Shown here: piece by piece, positions 42,837-53,792 of the stretch
How positions within the stretch are numbered: position 1 is the stretch's first letter
Layout of the letters: each line of letters starts with the position of its first letter
Source: a bacterium
GTDB lineage: Bacteria; UBA8248
DNA: 64,000 nucleotides
NCBI GenBank assembly: GCA_965203325.1
Contig: OZ241875.1
Location: 3,424,001 to 3,488,000 of the forward strand
Reading direction: 5' to 3'
Notes under the pieces: model-generated
The model's database searches: none
What the model saw: the letters and a program-made list of their open reading frames with translations, nothing else
What the model was told of the DNA's origin: nothing
Translations under genes and position numbers: made by a program

Positions 42837-43530
42837 ACCCTCCATCGGAGCCGCCTTCCTGGGGCGGGTGGGGTTCCACGAGGCCTGGGACTTGCAGAAA
42901 CGCCTGTGGACCGAGCGCGCCGAGGGCCGCCTCGGGGAGGACGTTTTTCTCTTTCTGGAGCACGACCCGGTCATGACGCTGGGCAAGGGGGGCAGCGAGG
43001 CGAACGTGCTTCTGAGGCGCTCGCCCGTCGACGGCGCGGAGGTTCCCCTCGTGCGGATCAACCGGGGCGGCGAGGTGACCTTTCACGGTCCGGGCCAGTT
43101 GATGCTCTACGCCATATGCGACCTCCGCGAGTGGGAGCGCGACGTACACCTCCACTGCAGGAGGCTCGAGGAGGTATTTCGGCGCTATCTGGAGAGAAAG
43201 GGGTTTCATGCCGAGAGAAGACCGGGAAATCCGGGCCTTTGGGTGAATGACGAGAAAATTCTCGCTTTGGGCGTCGGCGCGAGACGCTGGGTGACGATGC
43301 ACGGGGTTTCGTTCAACGCATCGCCGGATCTCAGATATTTCGAGATGATGCACCCATGCGGCGAGGTGGGCGGACGCACGACTTCCCTCGAAAAACTCCA
43401 GGGGGGTTCACCGCCGTTGCCCGAACTCGTGGGGGATTTGCTCCCCGTTTGCGCGGAAGTGTTCGATGCGCACATCACGATGGAAACCGACCCGGCGCGG
43501 GTCGTTGGAGCTCTTCGAAGTGTTTCATGA
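42829..43530 (+). CDS. lipB: Lipoyl(octanoyl) transferase
   Basis: LEHDPVMTLG, RGGEVTFHGPGQL, KILALG, TMHG, PCG. Start 42829 (TTG) or 42799. Confidence 0.92.
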
Positions 43531-44344
43531 ATCCAGAAATCCGAGTAGCGGAAAGTGGACTTTCGCCGCGAGCCTGACGGGCGTTTTTCTGTTGCTCGCC
43601 GCAGCGCAGGCGTTCGCGGCCACGAGCTTCGTCGAATGGGGCTTTACGACCAAGGCGTGGGATCTTCTGAAGAAGGGGGGCTATACGATGATCCCCCTGG
43701 GGCTGTGCTCGGTCGTCGCGCTCATGGTGACGCTCGAGCGGCTCATTTCTCTCAGGCGAAAGAAAGTCCTGCCCGATGCCCTGGTGAGCGCTTCGGAGAG
43801 ATACTGGCGGGGTGGTGATTTCGAGGGAGCCGCCGGTGTCTGCGAGCGGTTCGACTCACCGCTCGCGCGCGTTCTCAAGGCGGGGCTGGCGAGGCGGAGG
43901 CTGGGGATCGGCGAGATGGAGCGCGCCATGGTCGGCGCGGGCCAGCACGAATCGACCGTCTTGTCGCGCAACCTCCGCGGTCTGGGCGTCATCGCGAACC
44001 TGGCGCCGATGCTGGGCCTGTTCGGCACCGTCGTCGGCATGATTCGCGCCTTCGACGTCATCAGCCGCGCCGGTACGGGGAACCCGAATCTGGTGGCGGA
44101 GGGGATATCCGAAGCGCTTTTGACGACGGCGGCGGGCCTTATGATCGGCATTCCGGCTCTAGCGGCGTATCACTTTTTCCGCTCGCGCAGCGGCCGCCTC
44201 CTGTTCGAAATGGAATCGGTCGCTCTGTCGCTTTTGCAGAACCTGGCGGCGCAATCCGGCGAACCCGGCGGGAACACGAATGATGCGCTCCAGGACGAGG
44301 CGCAGGGTCTGGAGAGCGTGAGACCGCAGGGCGAGGATATGTGA
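43520..44344 (+). CDS. exbB: MotA/TolQ/ExbB proton channel protein
   Basis: APMLGLFGTVVGMIRAF, GISEALLTTAAGL..GIPA. Start approximate (GTG 43520). Confidence 0.88.
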   Translation: MFHESRNPSSGKWTFAASLTGVFLLLAAAQAFAATSFVEWGFTTKAWDLLKKGGYTMIPLGLCSVVALMVTLERLISLRRKKVLPDALVSASERYWRGGDFEGAAGVCERFDSPLARVLKAGLARRRLGIGEMERAMVGAGQHESTVLSRNLRGLGVIANLAPMLGLFGTVVGMIRAFDVISRAGTGNPNLVAEGISEALLTTAAGLMIGIPALAAYHFFRSRSGRLLFEMESVALSLLQNLAAQSGEPGGNTNDALQDEAQGLESVRPQGEDM

Positions 44345-44744
44345 TGCGCTTTCAGGGCGACTCGGAAGAAGACTACAGCCTCCAGCTCACCTCGCTCATC
44401 GACGTCGTTTTCTTGCTCCTCATCTTTTTCATGGTTTCGACCTCTTTCGTGGATTTCACCCGCAGCTCGACATCGAACTGCCTGAAGCCAAATCGAGCGC
44501 CGAGGTGGTGGAGAAAAAATCGTTTCTCATCGAGGTCGGCGTGGAGAAGCGAATCACCTTGAACGGAAAAACGGTGCTGCTCGATGACCTCGAAAGCCGG
44601 TTGAAAACGGGCGTCGAGAGCGGGAAGTTCAAGCCCTCCCTCACGATCAAGGCGGACAAGCGCCTCGATTATGGCTATGTGATCAAGGTGATGGGCCTCA
44701 TCTCCGGGGCGGGCGTTCGGGACATCTCGCTGGCCACGAAATAG
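44341..44744 (+). pseudogene. exbD: ExbD/TolR with a single-base frameshift (possible sequencing error)
   Basis: LTSLIDVVFLLLIFFMV in one frame; QLDIELPEA...IKADKRLDYG...ISLAT in the -1 frame. One extra C at about 44463 restores a ~134-aa ORF. Confidence 0.8.
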
Positions 44745-44790
44745 CGCTGAAGCGGTTTCGGGCGCGGCGTGAAACATCCGGCCTGTTTTT

Positions 44791-45468
44791 ATGTGGGAGA
44801 AAAGCGTGAACCAAAGGCGGGCCGATTCCACCGTTTCGATGCCGCGTGGGGCCGAAACCACCACGCGCGTTCTACTGCTCAGACACGGTGCGGCGGAAGG
44901 CTCGAAAGAGGGGTTTTTCTACGGCAGCACCGACGCGCCGCTCCTCCCTGAGGGCGAGGCGCAGGTGCGGGAAGCGGCGGCGCGCGTCCGGGGCTGGCTC
45001 ATGGAGAGTGAAACCGCCCTTTACGCCAGCTCGCTCACCCGCTCCATGAGGACGGCGGAGATTCTTTCCGGCGCGATGGGGTTGAGCCTCAAGCCCGTGG
45101 TCGTTCCCGACATCGCCGAGCTTCACCTGGGCGATTGGGAGGGGGAGACGTACGCCAGCCTCAACGAAAAAGAACCCGAGCGGCTGGACGAGCATTACAG
45201 GAATTTCGTCCACTCCAAACCGCCGGGCGGCGGGGAGTGCGTGGCCGATCTTGCAGCGCGCGCCTTGCCCGCGTTTCGCGAAATCTGTGCCCGGGAGAAG
45301 GACAAAAACGTCATCGTCTGCGCCCATGCGGCGGTGAACCGGGTGATCCTGTGCGATGCGCTGGGCGCCCCGCTCGAGAGCTTTTTTCGGCTGGAGCAGG
45401 ACTTCGCCGCCCTGAACGTGATTGATCTGCGCGAGAATGCGCCCCTCGTCCGCGTCATGAACGTCTAA
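44791..45468 (+). CDS. Histidine phosphatase (PGAM/CobC-like)
   Basis: LLRHG, SSLTRS, ELHLGDWEG, VCAHAAVNR. Start uncertain. Confidence 0.88.
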   Translation: MWEKSVNQRRADSTVSMPRGAETTTRVLLLRHGAAEGSKEGFFYGSTDAPLLPEGEAQVREAAARVRGWLMESETALYASSLTRSMRTAEILSGAMGLSLKPVVVPDIAELHLGDWEGETYASLNEKEPERLDEHYRNFVHSKPPGGGECVADLAARALPAFREICAREKDKNVIVCAHAAVNRVILCDALGAPLESFFRLEQDFAALNVIDLRENAPLVRVMNV

Positions 45469-45537
45469 CGCGCCGCGCGCCTCGGGTGTAGGGCCTCGAA
45501 AGAGACGTTTCTAACGACGATTACCCAGAAAACGCGC

Positions 45538-45591
45538 TCAGGTTTTTTCTTCTCTGGCCGCTTCGTCCATGGCCGATAAGTCGATGACCAT
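45538..45591 (-). pseudogene. VapC (PIN toxin) 5' stub
   Basis: ATG coupled to the antitoxin stop; MVIDLSA resembles the VapC start MVIDTSA; ends after 17 codons. Confidence 0.5.
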
Positions 45592-45845
45592 CAAGCGGGC
45601 AAACCGCCTTCGTTATACCCGATGAGCTCATCGGCGCTTTGCTCATTACGCCTCGGCAGCCTGGCGCAAAAGAGGGCGATGCGGTCGAGTTCATCGGCAA
45701 GCGGTGTCCCGCCTTGGATCTTCTCCACCTGCGCCAGCTTCTCCTGTATGGCGCGCTTGACGGCCTTGGCCATGGATTCTCCGGTCAGGCCCGCAAGTTT
45801 TTTCGCCAGCGCATGGGTGTCGGCATCCTTGATGTTGAGTTGCAT
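45591..45845 (-). CDS. vapB: VapB-type antitoxin (Rv0623-like)
   Basis: MQLNIKDADTHALAKKLAGLTGESMAKAV...DELIGYNEGGLP. Confidence 0.8.
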   Translation of the reverse strand: MQLNIKDADTHALAKKLAGLTGESMAKAVKRAIQEKLAQVEKIQGGTPLADELDRIALFCARLPRRNEQSADELIGYNEGGLPA

Positions 45846-45889
45846 TACTTTATCCTCGATAAAGTTGTAAAAGACCGCGTCCTGAAGTT

Positions 45890-46858
45890 TTACTTCCCCC
45901 TGAAGGCTTTGATGATCGCCGCCCCCTCGGCGCCTGCGGCCTTGGCCCATTCGGCGGACATGGTTTCGCCGATTTTGGCCAGATCGGCGGCGAGTTGCTC
46001 ACCCGGCTTATCCACACTCATGCCGCCTGCGGCGAGTTGTTCGAGATAAAAGCCGGTCAACTCGCGCGCCCGCGCCGTTCCCGCCGCTTCGGCCAGCAGC
46101 GCCGAGGAGCGCAGGCAGTTTCGGGCGTGTGCGTCGAGCGCATCGAAGGCGCGTTTGCCCGCGAACACGTAGTTGCGCGGCAGCCAGGCGCGCAAATCGT
46201 AGAAATGGCTCATCCGTTTCCAGAGCTTGTGGTAATAACCGGTCGCGCTCGAGGTGATGAAGGCCTCCACCTTCCCGCTTGCGAGCGCCCGGTCGAGTTC
46301 GGCGAGTTCGATGTGGACCGAGGGCATTCCGGCGAGAGCAGCGAATCGCGCCGTCGCGGCGTTGTAGGCGCGGAACTTGATACCGCGCATGTCGGCGACG
46401 CCGCCGACCGCGCGCTTGAAATACATTCCCTGCGGCGGCCAGGGCACGGAGTAGAGCAGCACGAGGTTCTGCGCGGCGAGAATCTTCGTCAACCGGCCCT
46501 TTGCCGCACGCCAGAGCTTCTCGGACGCCTCGAAAGAAGTAGCCAGCAGCGGCACGGAGTCGAAGCCGAAGACGGCGTTTTCGTTCTGGTGCGCGCTCAG
46601 CAGTCGCTCGCCGATGGGCGCTTTGCCGTCCTGGACGGCGCGCTTTATCTCGCCGCCCTTGATGAGGGAACCGCCGGGATGCACGGCGATATCGAGTTTC
46701 CCTCCGGTGCATACGCCCACCGCCTCGGCGAAGAGTCTGGCGTTTTGCGTGTGGTAGTTGGCGTCTCCATACGCCGTCGGCATGTTCCATTTCTCCGCCG
46801 CGTGGGCCGCGCCCGCCCAGAGGAGCAGGCCCACGGCCAGTCCCGTCCACCATTTCAT
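45890..46858 (-). CDS. TRAP transporter substrate-binding protein (DctP family)
   Basis: Signal peptide AHA; KWNMPTAY, EIKRAVQ, PWPPQG, KFRAYN. No dctQM adjacent. Confidence 0.88.
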   Translation of the reverse strand: MKWWTGLAVGLLLWAGAAHAAEKWNMPTAYGDANYHTQNARLFAEAVGVCTGGKLDIAVHPGGSLIKGGEIKRAVQDGKAPIGERLLSAHQNENAVFGFDSVPLLATSFEASEKLWRAAKGRLTKILAAQNLVLLYSVPWPPQGMYFKRAVGGVADMRGIKFRAYNAATARFAALAGMPSVHIELAELDRALASGKVEAFITSSATGYYHKLWKRMSHFYDLRAWLPRNYVFAGKRAFDALDAHARNCLRSSALLAEAAGTARARELTGFYLEQLAAGGMSVDKPGEQLAADLAKIGETMSAEWAKAAGAEGAAIIKAFRGK

Positions 46859-47053
46859 ACTCGATTCTCCCGTTGTCTAAACGCCGTGATGGCCTTTGAT
46901 TGAAGCGAACGATGTGCTGAAATATATGTCGTTATTCTATACTGATAAGTAACCCGAGGACTGTCAATCGGCGTCTCCCCGTGTTTGCGCCATCGGGTTC
47001 GCCGCGAGACAGTGTTCCCAGAGGACCCTCATATCTTCCTTCCGGAGGGTCCC

Positions 47054-48352
47054 GTGCAACTCGTCGAGAAAATCAGGCAAAAACGGATTCGCGCATGCGT
47101 GATGGGGTTGGGGTACGTCGGTCTCCCGCTCGCACTGGAGTTCGTGCGCGCAGGCTACCGGGTCGTCGGGCTGGATTCAGACCCCCGCCGCGTTCGCGAT
47201 CTACGAGAGGCGAAGAGCCACATTCTGGACGTTCCCTCTCAAAGCCTGGCTGAGGGGCTGGGGACGGATCGGCTGGAGTTCACCTGCGATCAGCGAGTGC
47301 TTGCGGAAGTGGATACCGTCAGCATTTGCGTTCCCACGCCGTTGGGCAAGACGGGAGACCCGGATTTGTCTTTCGTGCAATCGGCGGTCGAGAGCATCAG
47401 GCGGCACAAGCGGCGGGGACAGCTCTACGTGCTCGAGAGCACCACCTATCCGGGGGCGACCGAGGAGATCGTTCTGCCCGTTTTGTCCGGAGACGGCTGG
47501 AAGGTGGGCGAAGATTTCTACCTCGTTTTCTCGCCCGAGCGCGTGGATCCCGGCAACGAGCGATATGCCGCGAGAAACATACCGAAAGTGGTGGGCGGCG
47601 TAACGCCGAAATGCGCCGAATGCGCCTGCGCCTTGTATGAGCGCGCCGTCGCGCAAATCGTGCGGGTCGCCTCGCCCCGGGTCGCGGAGATGGTGAAACT
47701 GCTCGAAAATACGTTTCGCAGCGTCAACATCGCCCTCGTGAACGAGGTGGCGAAGATGTGCCACCTCCTCGAGGTGGATGTATGGGAGGTGATTGAAGCG
47801 GCGAAAACGAAGCCTTTCGGCTTCATGCCCTTTTACCCCGGGCCGGGTCTCGGCGGGCATTGTATTCCCGTGGACCCGGTTTATTTGTCCTGGAAGGCGC
47901 GGCAGGCGGGATTCGAGGCGAGGTTCATCGAACTGGCCGATGAGGTGAATAACTCGATGCCGCGGTTCGTCGTGGAACTCACGTCCAAGGCGCTGCGCAA
48001 GACGGGCAAGGCGATCGAGGGAGCGAGGATCCTGCTCGCGGGGGTGACGTACAAGGCGGACGTGTCCGACATCAGGGAGAGTCCCGCCCTCGACGTCTGG
48101 GTCGGTCTGGAGCGCCTCGGAGCGGTCGTTTCCTACTCGGACCCTTATGTGCCGGAAATCGACGCTCCCCCGATAAGGGCGCATTCGCGGCCCGTGAGCG
48201 CCGATTCGTTGCGTGAATACGATTGCGTGGTTGTGCTCGCGAACCACAAATCACTGGATAGAGAGTGCATCCACGCCCATGCAAACTGCATTGTGGATAC
48301 GCGCAACGCCTTTGCGGATTTGGGGCAAAACGGCCGTTTGTTCAAACTTTGA
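47054..48352 (+). CDS. Nucleotide-sugar dehydrogenase (UDP-GlcNAc 6-dehydrogenase WbpA/WecC-like)
   Basis: GLGYVGLPLA, ICVPTP, ESTTYPG, SPERVDPG, GGHCIP, DIRESP. GTG start after GGAGG. Confidence 0.92.
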   Translation: MQLVEKIRQKRIRACVMGLGYVGLPLALEFVRAGYRVVGLDSDPRRVRDLREAKSHILDVPSQSLAEGLGTDRLEFTCDQRVLAEVDTVSICVPTPLGKTGDPDLSFVQSAVESIRRHKRRGQLYVLESTTYPGATEEIVLPVLSGDGWKVGEDFYLVFSPERVDPGNERYAARNIPKVVGGVTPKCAECACALYERAVAQIVRVASPRVAEMVKLLENTFRSVNIALVNEVAKMCHLLEVDVWEVIEAAKTKPFGFMPFYPGPGLGGHCIPVDPVYLSWKARQAGFEARFIELADEVNNSMPRFVVELTSKALRKTGKAIEGARILLAGVTYKADVSDIRESPALDVWVGLERLGAVVSYSDPYVPEIDAPPIRAHSRPVSADSLREYDCVVVLANHKSLDRECIHAHANCIVDTRNAFADLGQNGRLFKL

Positions 48353-48553
48353 TGCGCTCTCTTTGTGGCGATGATTTCGCATCGACGGGGTCTTTAGGCT
48401 TAGGCTATTCAAAAACAATTAGATGCGCAGTTTGCCGTCCGCTTTGAAAATTCCGCCCGAGGCGGTTGACATCGCCCGGCCATCTGGGGTTTATATACTC
48501 CTTCGTCTTCTCCAGAGAAGATTATTTGTGAGCAAAACAAGAGAAGAGAACCA

Positions 48554-49003
48554 ATGAGAATGTACCAGAAGACAGCGAGCCTCACGAAAGAGCAGGCCAA
48601 CGCCCAGCGCGGCTGGGTGCTGGTGGATGCGAAGGATCAGACCCTGGGGCGTCTCTGCACGCGCGTGGCGACGCTGCTGCGCGGGAAGCACAAGCCCGAC
48701 TGGACGCCGCACGTCGACAATGGCGAGTATGTGGTCGTCATCAATGCGGAGCGCATCGTGCTCACGGGCCGCAAGCTTTCGGACAAGAAGTATTACCGCC
48801 ACTCCGGCTACCCGGGGCATCTCAAGGAAATAAGCGCGGGGCGCATGCTGGAAACGCACCCCGAGCGCGTGATAGAACGCGCCGTGCGGGGCATGTTGCC
48901 CAAAAACAAGCTGGGGCGCTCCTTGCTGCAAAAGCTCAAGGTATATGCGGGCGACAAGCACCCGCATGAGGCGCAGCAGCCCGAAGCGATTCAGTTGGAC
49001 TGA
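48554..49003 (+). CDS. rplM: 50S ribosomal protein L13
   Basis: [35 protein letters not shown]. Confidence 0.98.
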   Translation: MRMYQKTASLTKEQANAQRGWVLVDAKDQTLGRLCTRVATLLRGKHKPDWTPHVDNGEYVVVINAERIVLTGRKLSDKKYYRHSGYPGHLKEISAGRMLETHPERVIERAVRGMLPKNKLGRSLLQKLKVYAGDKHPHEAQQPEAIQLD

Positions 49004-49028
49004 ATTCCAAGAGGTTTATGAAGCAGAC

Positions 49029-49424
49029 ATGGCCACGATACCGAAGCACTACGCCACGGGAAAACGCAAAACGGCCGTCGCGCGCGTCTGGATAGAGCCC
49101 GGCGACGGCAGGATCCTGGTAAACAACACGCCTGCGGACGAGTATTTCCTCCGCGACACCTCGCTCATGGTGATTAAGCAGCCCTTCGAGTTGACTGAAA
49201 CCTGGGGCAGCTACGACGTGCGGGCAACCGTGAAGGGCGGGGGACTCACCGGTCAGGCGGGCGCCGTTCGTCACGGGATTTCAAAAGCCCTGCTGAGCGT
49301 GGACCCGGCATTTCGGACGATTCTCAAGAAAGCGGGTCTCATCACGCGCGATTCCCGTGTCAAAGAGCGCAAAAAATACGGTTTGAAAGGCGCGCGCAAG
49401 AGCTTCCAGTTCTCCAAGCGCTAA
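49029..49424 (+). CDS. rpsI: 30S ribosomal protein S9
   Basis: [40 protein letters not shown]. Confidence 0.98.
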   Translation: MATIPKHYATGKRKTAVARVWIEPGDGRILVNNTPADEYFLRDTSLMVIKQPFELTETWGSYDVRATVKGGGLTGQAGAVRHGISKALLSVDPAFRTILKKAGLITRDSRVKERKKYGLKGARKSFQFSKR

Positions 49425-49444
49425 CCACTGCGGTGGTCGATTCG

Positions 49445-49472
49445 GGGGCTGGCTTTGCCGGCCCCTTTTTTT
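49445..49472 (+). terminator. Intrinsic terminator after rpsI
   Basis: GGGGCTGGC-TTT-GCCGGCCCC then T7. Confidence 0.8.
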
Positions 49473-49554
49473 GTGCGAAAAAATGAATTGTGGTGGATAC
49501 TTGCTCTGATGAGGGTTGGACGCGAAGAGCTTAAGGATTCTGGAGGATAAGGAG

Positions 49555-50592
49555 ATGCCGAAAATCGCCGTGGTGGGCGCCACGGGATATACGGGTTTTG
49601 AATTGTTGAGGCTCCTCGGATCGCACGGGGGTGTGGAGGTGGTGGCCCTCACGTCCGAAACCTATGCCGGTCAGGGGGTGGATGAGGTGTTTCCCGCGTT
49701 CTCTTCCGTTCATGGCGGTACGCTCGTGAAGTTCGAACTCGCCGTCTGCGAGGGAGCCGACGTCGTATTCTGCTGCCTGCCCCACCGGGTGGCGATGAAC
49801 ACCGTGCCTTCCCTGTTGGAGGCCGGTCATCGGGTGGTGGATTTTTCCGCCGATTACCGCCTGCGGGATTTCGGCGTTTATGAAGCCTGGTACAAGACGG
49901 AGCACACTTCGCCGGAAAGGATAGCGGATGCCGTATACGGGGTGCCCGAGCTATACCGGGAGGAGATCAAAAAGGCGCGCCTCGTCGCGAACCCGGGTTG
50001 CTACCCCACGGGAGCGATTCTGGCCCTGGCCCCGCTTTTGAGGGCGAGGCTCATCAGGCCGGACTCCATCATTGTGGATGCGAAATCAGGCGTTTCGGGT
50101 GCAGGAAGAAAAGCGGACCTGAGCCTTCAGTTTGGCGAGGTGAACGAGGGCTTCAAGGCCTATGGCGTGGGAAACCATCGCCATACGCCCGAGATCGAGC
50201 AGGAGTTGTCCGTCGCTCTCGGGGAGTCCGTGCAGGTTTCCTTCACGCCGCATCTGGCGCCCATGACACGGGGGATTCTCTCGACCATCTACGCCGAGGG
50301 CGAGGGCGGCGCGGACGCCTCGGCGGTTCGGGCGGCGCTGCGCGACGCCTATGCGGATGAGCCGTTCATCCGCCTGATGCCCGAGGGCGCGTTTCCCAAC
50401 GTGACGCAGGTGGCCGGCTCGAACTATGTGGACATCGGCCTGACGCACGATGAACGCACCTCGCGCTTCATCATTGTCGCGGCGATAGACAACTTGGTGA
50501 AAGGAGCATCAGGGGCGGCGGTGCAGAACATGAACCTGATGCTGGGGCTTCCCGAGACGCAAGGTCTCCTGCATCCGGGATTTTGGATGTAA
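49555..50592 (+). CDS. argC: N-acetyl-gamma-glutamyl-phosphate reductase
   Basis: GATGYTG, ANPGCY, SGVSGAG, HRHTPEI, DNLVKGA. Confidence 0.97.
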   Translation: MPKIAVVGATGYTGFELLRLLGSHGGVEVVALTSETYAGQGVDEVFPAFSSVHGGTLVKFELAVCEGADVVFCCLPHRVAMNTVPSLLEAGHRVVDFSADYRLRDFGVYEAWYKTEHTSPERIADAVYGVPELYREEIKKARLVANPGCYPTGAILALAPLLRARLIRPDSIIVDAKSGVSGAGRKADLSLQFGEVNEGFKAYGVGNHRHTPEIEQELSVALGESVQVSFTPHLAPMTRGILSTIYAEGEGGADASAVRAALRDAYADEPFIRLMPEGAFPNVTQVAGSNYVDIGLTHDERTSRFIIVAAIDNLVKGASGAAVQNMNLMLGLPETQGLLHPGFWM

Positions 50593-50609
50593 GCGAAAAA
50601 TAAGGGGTC

Positions 50610-51830
50610 TTGGTTGTGAGTGAAAAAGACTACATTCAGGCGATTGAGGGCGGTGTTTGCGCGGCCGAGGGAGTCCGCGCCGCTTCGGTGACGGCGGGCA
50701 TCAAGCCGTCTGGCAATCCGGATATGGTGCTGCTCGCTTTCGACCCCCCGGCCGCCGCCGCGGGCGTCTACACCCGGAACAAGATGTGTGCCGCTCCCGT
50801 CACCCTGTGCAGGGAGCGGGTCGGAAAATCGCCTTTGCGGGCGTTTCTCGTCAACAGCGGCAACGCGAACGCCTGCACGGGCGAGCAGGGCTATCGAGAC
50901 GCCGTGAGCCTTTGCGGCGAAGTGGCGGATGCGCTCGACTGCCCGGAAGCGCAGGTCGCCATGTCCTCCACCGGACTCATCGGTGCTCCACTCCCGGTGG
51001 AACTCATGAAGTCCCAAATCGCCAACCTGGTGTCCGGTCTTTCGGTGGAGGGCGGACACGATGCGGCGGTGGGCATCATGACGACCGACACGCGGCCCAA
51101 GGAGTACGCCGTTCGGGTGAACGCGGAAGAAGGCGTTTTCCACGTCGGCGGCATCACCAAGGGGGCCGGCATGATCGCCCCCGACATGGCGACCATGCTC
51201 GCATACGTCGCCACCGACGCCGTTGTTTCGCAAGGCGACCTCCAGGCCATCCTGCGGGCCGTCGTACGCAAGACGTTCAACTGCGTCACGATCGACGGCG
51301 ACACCTCTACGAACGACACGGTGATTCTGGCCGCCACGGGCGCATCCGGCGTGGCGCTCGAATCGGAGGAAGCCCTGGCGCGGTTCGAAGCGGGGCTTCA
51401 CCGGGTATGCAAGGAATTGGCCCTGGCCATCGTTCGCGACGGCGAGGGAGTGAACAAGGTGGTGGAGGTGAAAATCACGGGCGCGGCCAGCGAGGAGCAG
51501 GCGCATCTGGCCGCCAAATCTGTTTCCGAGAGCCTGTTGGTGAAGACGGCCATTCATGGCGAGATGCCCAACTGGGGCCGGATGTTCGCGGCGGCCGGCT
51601 ACAGCGGCGCGGATGTGGCGCCCGAGAGGATGTCGCTGAAATTCGAGGATGTGGAAGTCATGCGCGACGGCGCGCCCGTCCCGGGCTGGGCCGATTCCCT
51701 GGCGCCTCTGCTCAAACAGCCCGAATACGGCCTCGAACTGGGCCTGGGAGTCGGTGATGCGGAGGCCGTTTTCTGGACGACGGATCTGAGCGCGGATTAC
51801 GTGCGCTTCAACGCGGACTACAAGACGTGA
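50610..51830 (+). CDS. argJ: Ornithine acetyltransferase ArgJ
   Basis: NSGNANACTG, IMTTDT, KGAGMIAPDMATML, DGDTSTND, RDGEG. Confidence 0.97.
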   Translation: MVVSEKDYIQAIEGGVCAAEGVRAASVTAGIKPSGNPDMVLLAFDPPAAAAGVYTRNKMCAAPVTLCRERVGKSPLRAFLVNSGNANACTGEQGYRDAVSLCGEVADALDCPEAQVAMSSTGLIGAPLPVELMKSQIANLVSGLSVEGGHDAAVGIMTTDTRPKEYAVRVNAEEGVFHVGGITKGAGMIAPDMATMLAYVATDAVVSQGDLQAILRAVVRKTFNCVTIDGDTSTNDTVILAATGASGVALESEEALARFEAGLHRVCKELALAIVRDGEGVNKVVEVKITGAASEEQAHLAAKSVSESLLVKTAIHGEMPNWGRMFAAAGYSGADVAPERMSLKFEDVEVMRDGAPVPGWADSLAPLLKQPEYGLELGLGVGDAEAVFWTTDLSADYVRFNADYKT

Positions 51831-52026
51831 ACGCTTTTGATTCGGCGACTTGAATCGTCCGGGTTCTTGTGAGACATTCCATCCGCCGAACGATGGCGGA
51901 CGCCGTGGCGGTGGAGCCGGTCGGCGAATTACTCGAATAAAATCAATTGCTTGAAAATTCGGCCTCATCCGCCAGGAGGCCGGCAGGGCCCCCCTCGATG
52001 AAAGGCGGGGCAAAAGGAGTCTTGTC

Positions 52027-52821
52027 GTGAACCCGATTACATTGCGAGAGTTGCTCGAAGCCGGCGCCCACTTCGGGCACCAGACCATCCGGTGGAACCC
52101 CAAGATGCGCCCTTATATTTTCGGCGCGCGGAACGGGATTTACATCATCGACCTTCAAAAAACCCTCAAGTTGTTCAACGCGGCCCGGGAGGTGATTCGC
52201 GACATCGCGGCCAAGGGCGGCAAGGTGCTTTTCGTGGGAACGAAACAACAGGCTCAGGAAATCGTGATGGAAGAGGCCCGGAACGTGGGGATGCCCTTCG
52301 TCACCCAGCGCTGGCTCGGCGGGACGCTCACGAATTTCCAGACGATTAAAAACTCCATCGCGCGCCTTCTCGATCTGGAATCAATGAAGAACGACGGCAC
52401 CTTCGAGCTTTTGGCGAAAAAAGAGGCCGTCAGGCGCGAGAAGGACATGGCGCGGCTCGAGAAGTTTCTGGGCGGCATCAAGCATATGGACAAGCTGCCG
52501 CAGGCGATGTTCGTCATCGATACGGGTCATGAGTACAACGCCATTCGCGAAGCCAAAAAACTGGGTATTCCCGTTATCGCGGTGGTGGATACGAATTGCG
52601 ATCCCGACGGGGTGGACCACATCTTGCCGGGCAATGACGACGCTTTGCGCTCGATTCGCTTCTTCGTGTCGCGGGTGGCGGAGGCTATCGCCGAAGGAGT
52701 CACCCTGCGCAAGGAGACGGGGGCCGAGGACGTCGAAGCCGTCGTCGCCTCGGGCGACGCGGTAGCGGCCGAGATGATGGCGGCGGCTGCAAGCGAAGCG
52801 GAAACGAAAGCGGAAGGATAA
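52027..52821 (+). CDS. rpsB: 30S ribosomal protein S2
   Basis: [36 protein letters not shown]. Confidence 0.98.
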   Translation: MNPITLRELLEAGAHFGHQTIRWNPKMRPYIFGARNGIYIIDLQKTLKLFNAAREVIRDIAAKGGKVLFVGTKQQAQEIVMEEARNVGMPFVTQRWLGGTLTNFQTIKNSIARLLDLESMKNDGTFELLAKKEAVRREKDMARLEKFLGGIKHMDKLPQAMFVIDTGHEYNAIREAKKLGIPVIAVVDTNCDPDGVDHILPGNDDALRSIRFFVSRVAEAIAEGVTLRKETGAEDVEAVVASGDAVAAEMMAAAASEAETKAEG

Positions 52822-52867
52822 CCATTACTTTTTCGACAGCCGGATTTCATGAGGAGAGATTCAGGGC

Positions 52868-53737
52868 ATGGAAGTAACCGCTCAGATGGTCAAGGAATTG
52901 AGGACCCGCACCGGTGCGGGCATCATGGATTGCAAGGAAGCCCTCAAGGAGAATGAGGGAAATTTTGAGGAGGCGGTCCGCTATTTGCGGGAAAAAGGGC
53001 TTTCCAGCGCCGCCAAGAAGGCAGGGCGCGCGGCGAGCGAAGGCCAGGTATACGCTTCTCTCGGAGAAGGCGGACGCATGGGCGTCATCGTCGAGGTGAA
53101 TTGCGAGACTGATTTCGTGGCGCGGACGGAGGATTTTCGGGCGCTTCTCGACACCGTCGCGAGCCACGTGAAAGACAATGGGGAGGGCAATCTCGCCGAA
53201 GCGCTCAAAGAGGTGACGACGGAGGCAATCGCCAAGCTGGGCGAGAACATCGTCGTCGCTCGCGGAGAGCGCATCGCTTTGGGAGATAACGACTCGGGCA
53301 AGGTGGTTTCCTATATCCACCCGGGCGGGCGGATCGGCGTCTTGCTTGAGGTGGGCTGTGAAACGTCCGAGAGGGCGGACGATGCCGCATTCGGTGAAAC
53401 GGCGCGTGATCTGGCGATGCACATTGCGGCGAGCAGCCCCCAGTTCCTCTCCGAAGATCGGATACCAGAGGTGGTTCTTCAAAGCGAGCGTGAGATTCTT
53501 CTGGCCCAGCAGAAGGATTCCGGAAAGCCCGAGAACATTTTGGAGAAAATCGTCGAAGGACGCATCAACAAATACAAAAAAGAGATTTGCCTGCTCGATC
53601 AACCGTTCGTCAAGGACACCGACAAGACGGTTCAGGCGTATCTCAAGGACAAGAGCGCGGAGTTGGGCGAGGAAATCCGGGTTTCTTCCTGGTCTCGCTT
53701 CCAACTCGGCGAGCTTTCCGCGTCGGAGGAAAGGTAA
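52868..53737 (+). CDS. tsf: Elongation factor Ts
   Basis: [39 protein letters not shown]. Confidence 0.98.
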   Translation: MEVTAQMVKELRTRTGAGIMDCKEALKENEGNFEEAVRYLREKGLSSAAKKAGRAASEGQVYASLGEGGRMGVIVEVNCETDFVARTEDFRALLDTVASHVKDNGEGNLAEALKEVTTEAIAKLGENIVVARGERIALGDNDSGKVVSYIHPGGRIGVLLEVGCETSERADDAAFGETARDLAMHIAASSPQFLSEDRIPEVVLQSEREILLAQQKDSGKPENILEKIVEGRINKYKKEICLLDQPFVKDTDKTVQAYLKDKSAELGEEIRVSSWSRFQLGELSASEER

Positions 53738-53792
53738 GCTCTCCAACGCGTCATTCGCGCCGCCCGCTGTCATTGGCTTGAATATTCTGGGG

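Noticed and set aside
43129..43137. GAGTGGGAG as a duplicated guaA 3' end (attR)
   Set aside because: Only 9 bp, inside lipB and beyond the core gene dnaE; chance match.
48466..48499. rplM promoter TTGACA...TATACT
   Set aside because: Spacing between the best hexamers is 22 bp; a promoter is likely nearby but the boxes cannot be assigned.
51831..52026. S2 autoregulatory leader upstream of rpsB
   Set aside because: GC-rich hairpins are present but I could not match the known consensus by eye; needs an Infernal search.
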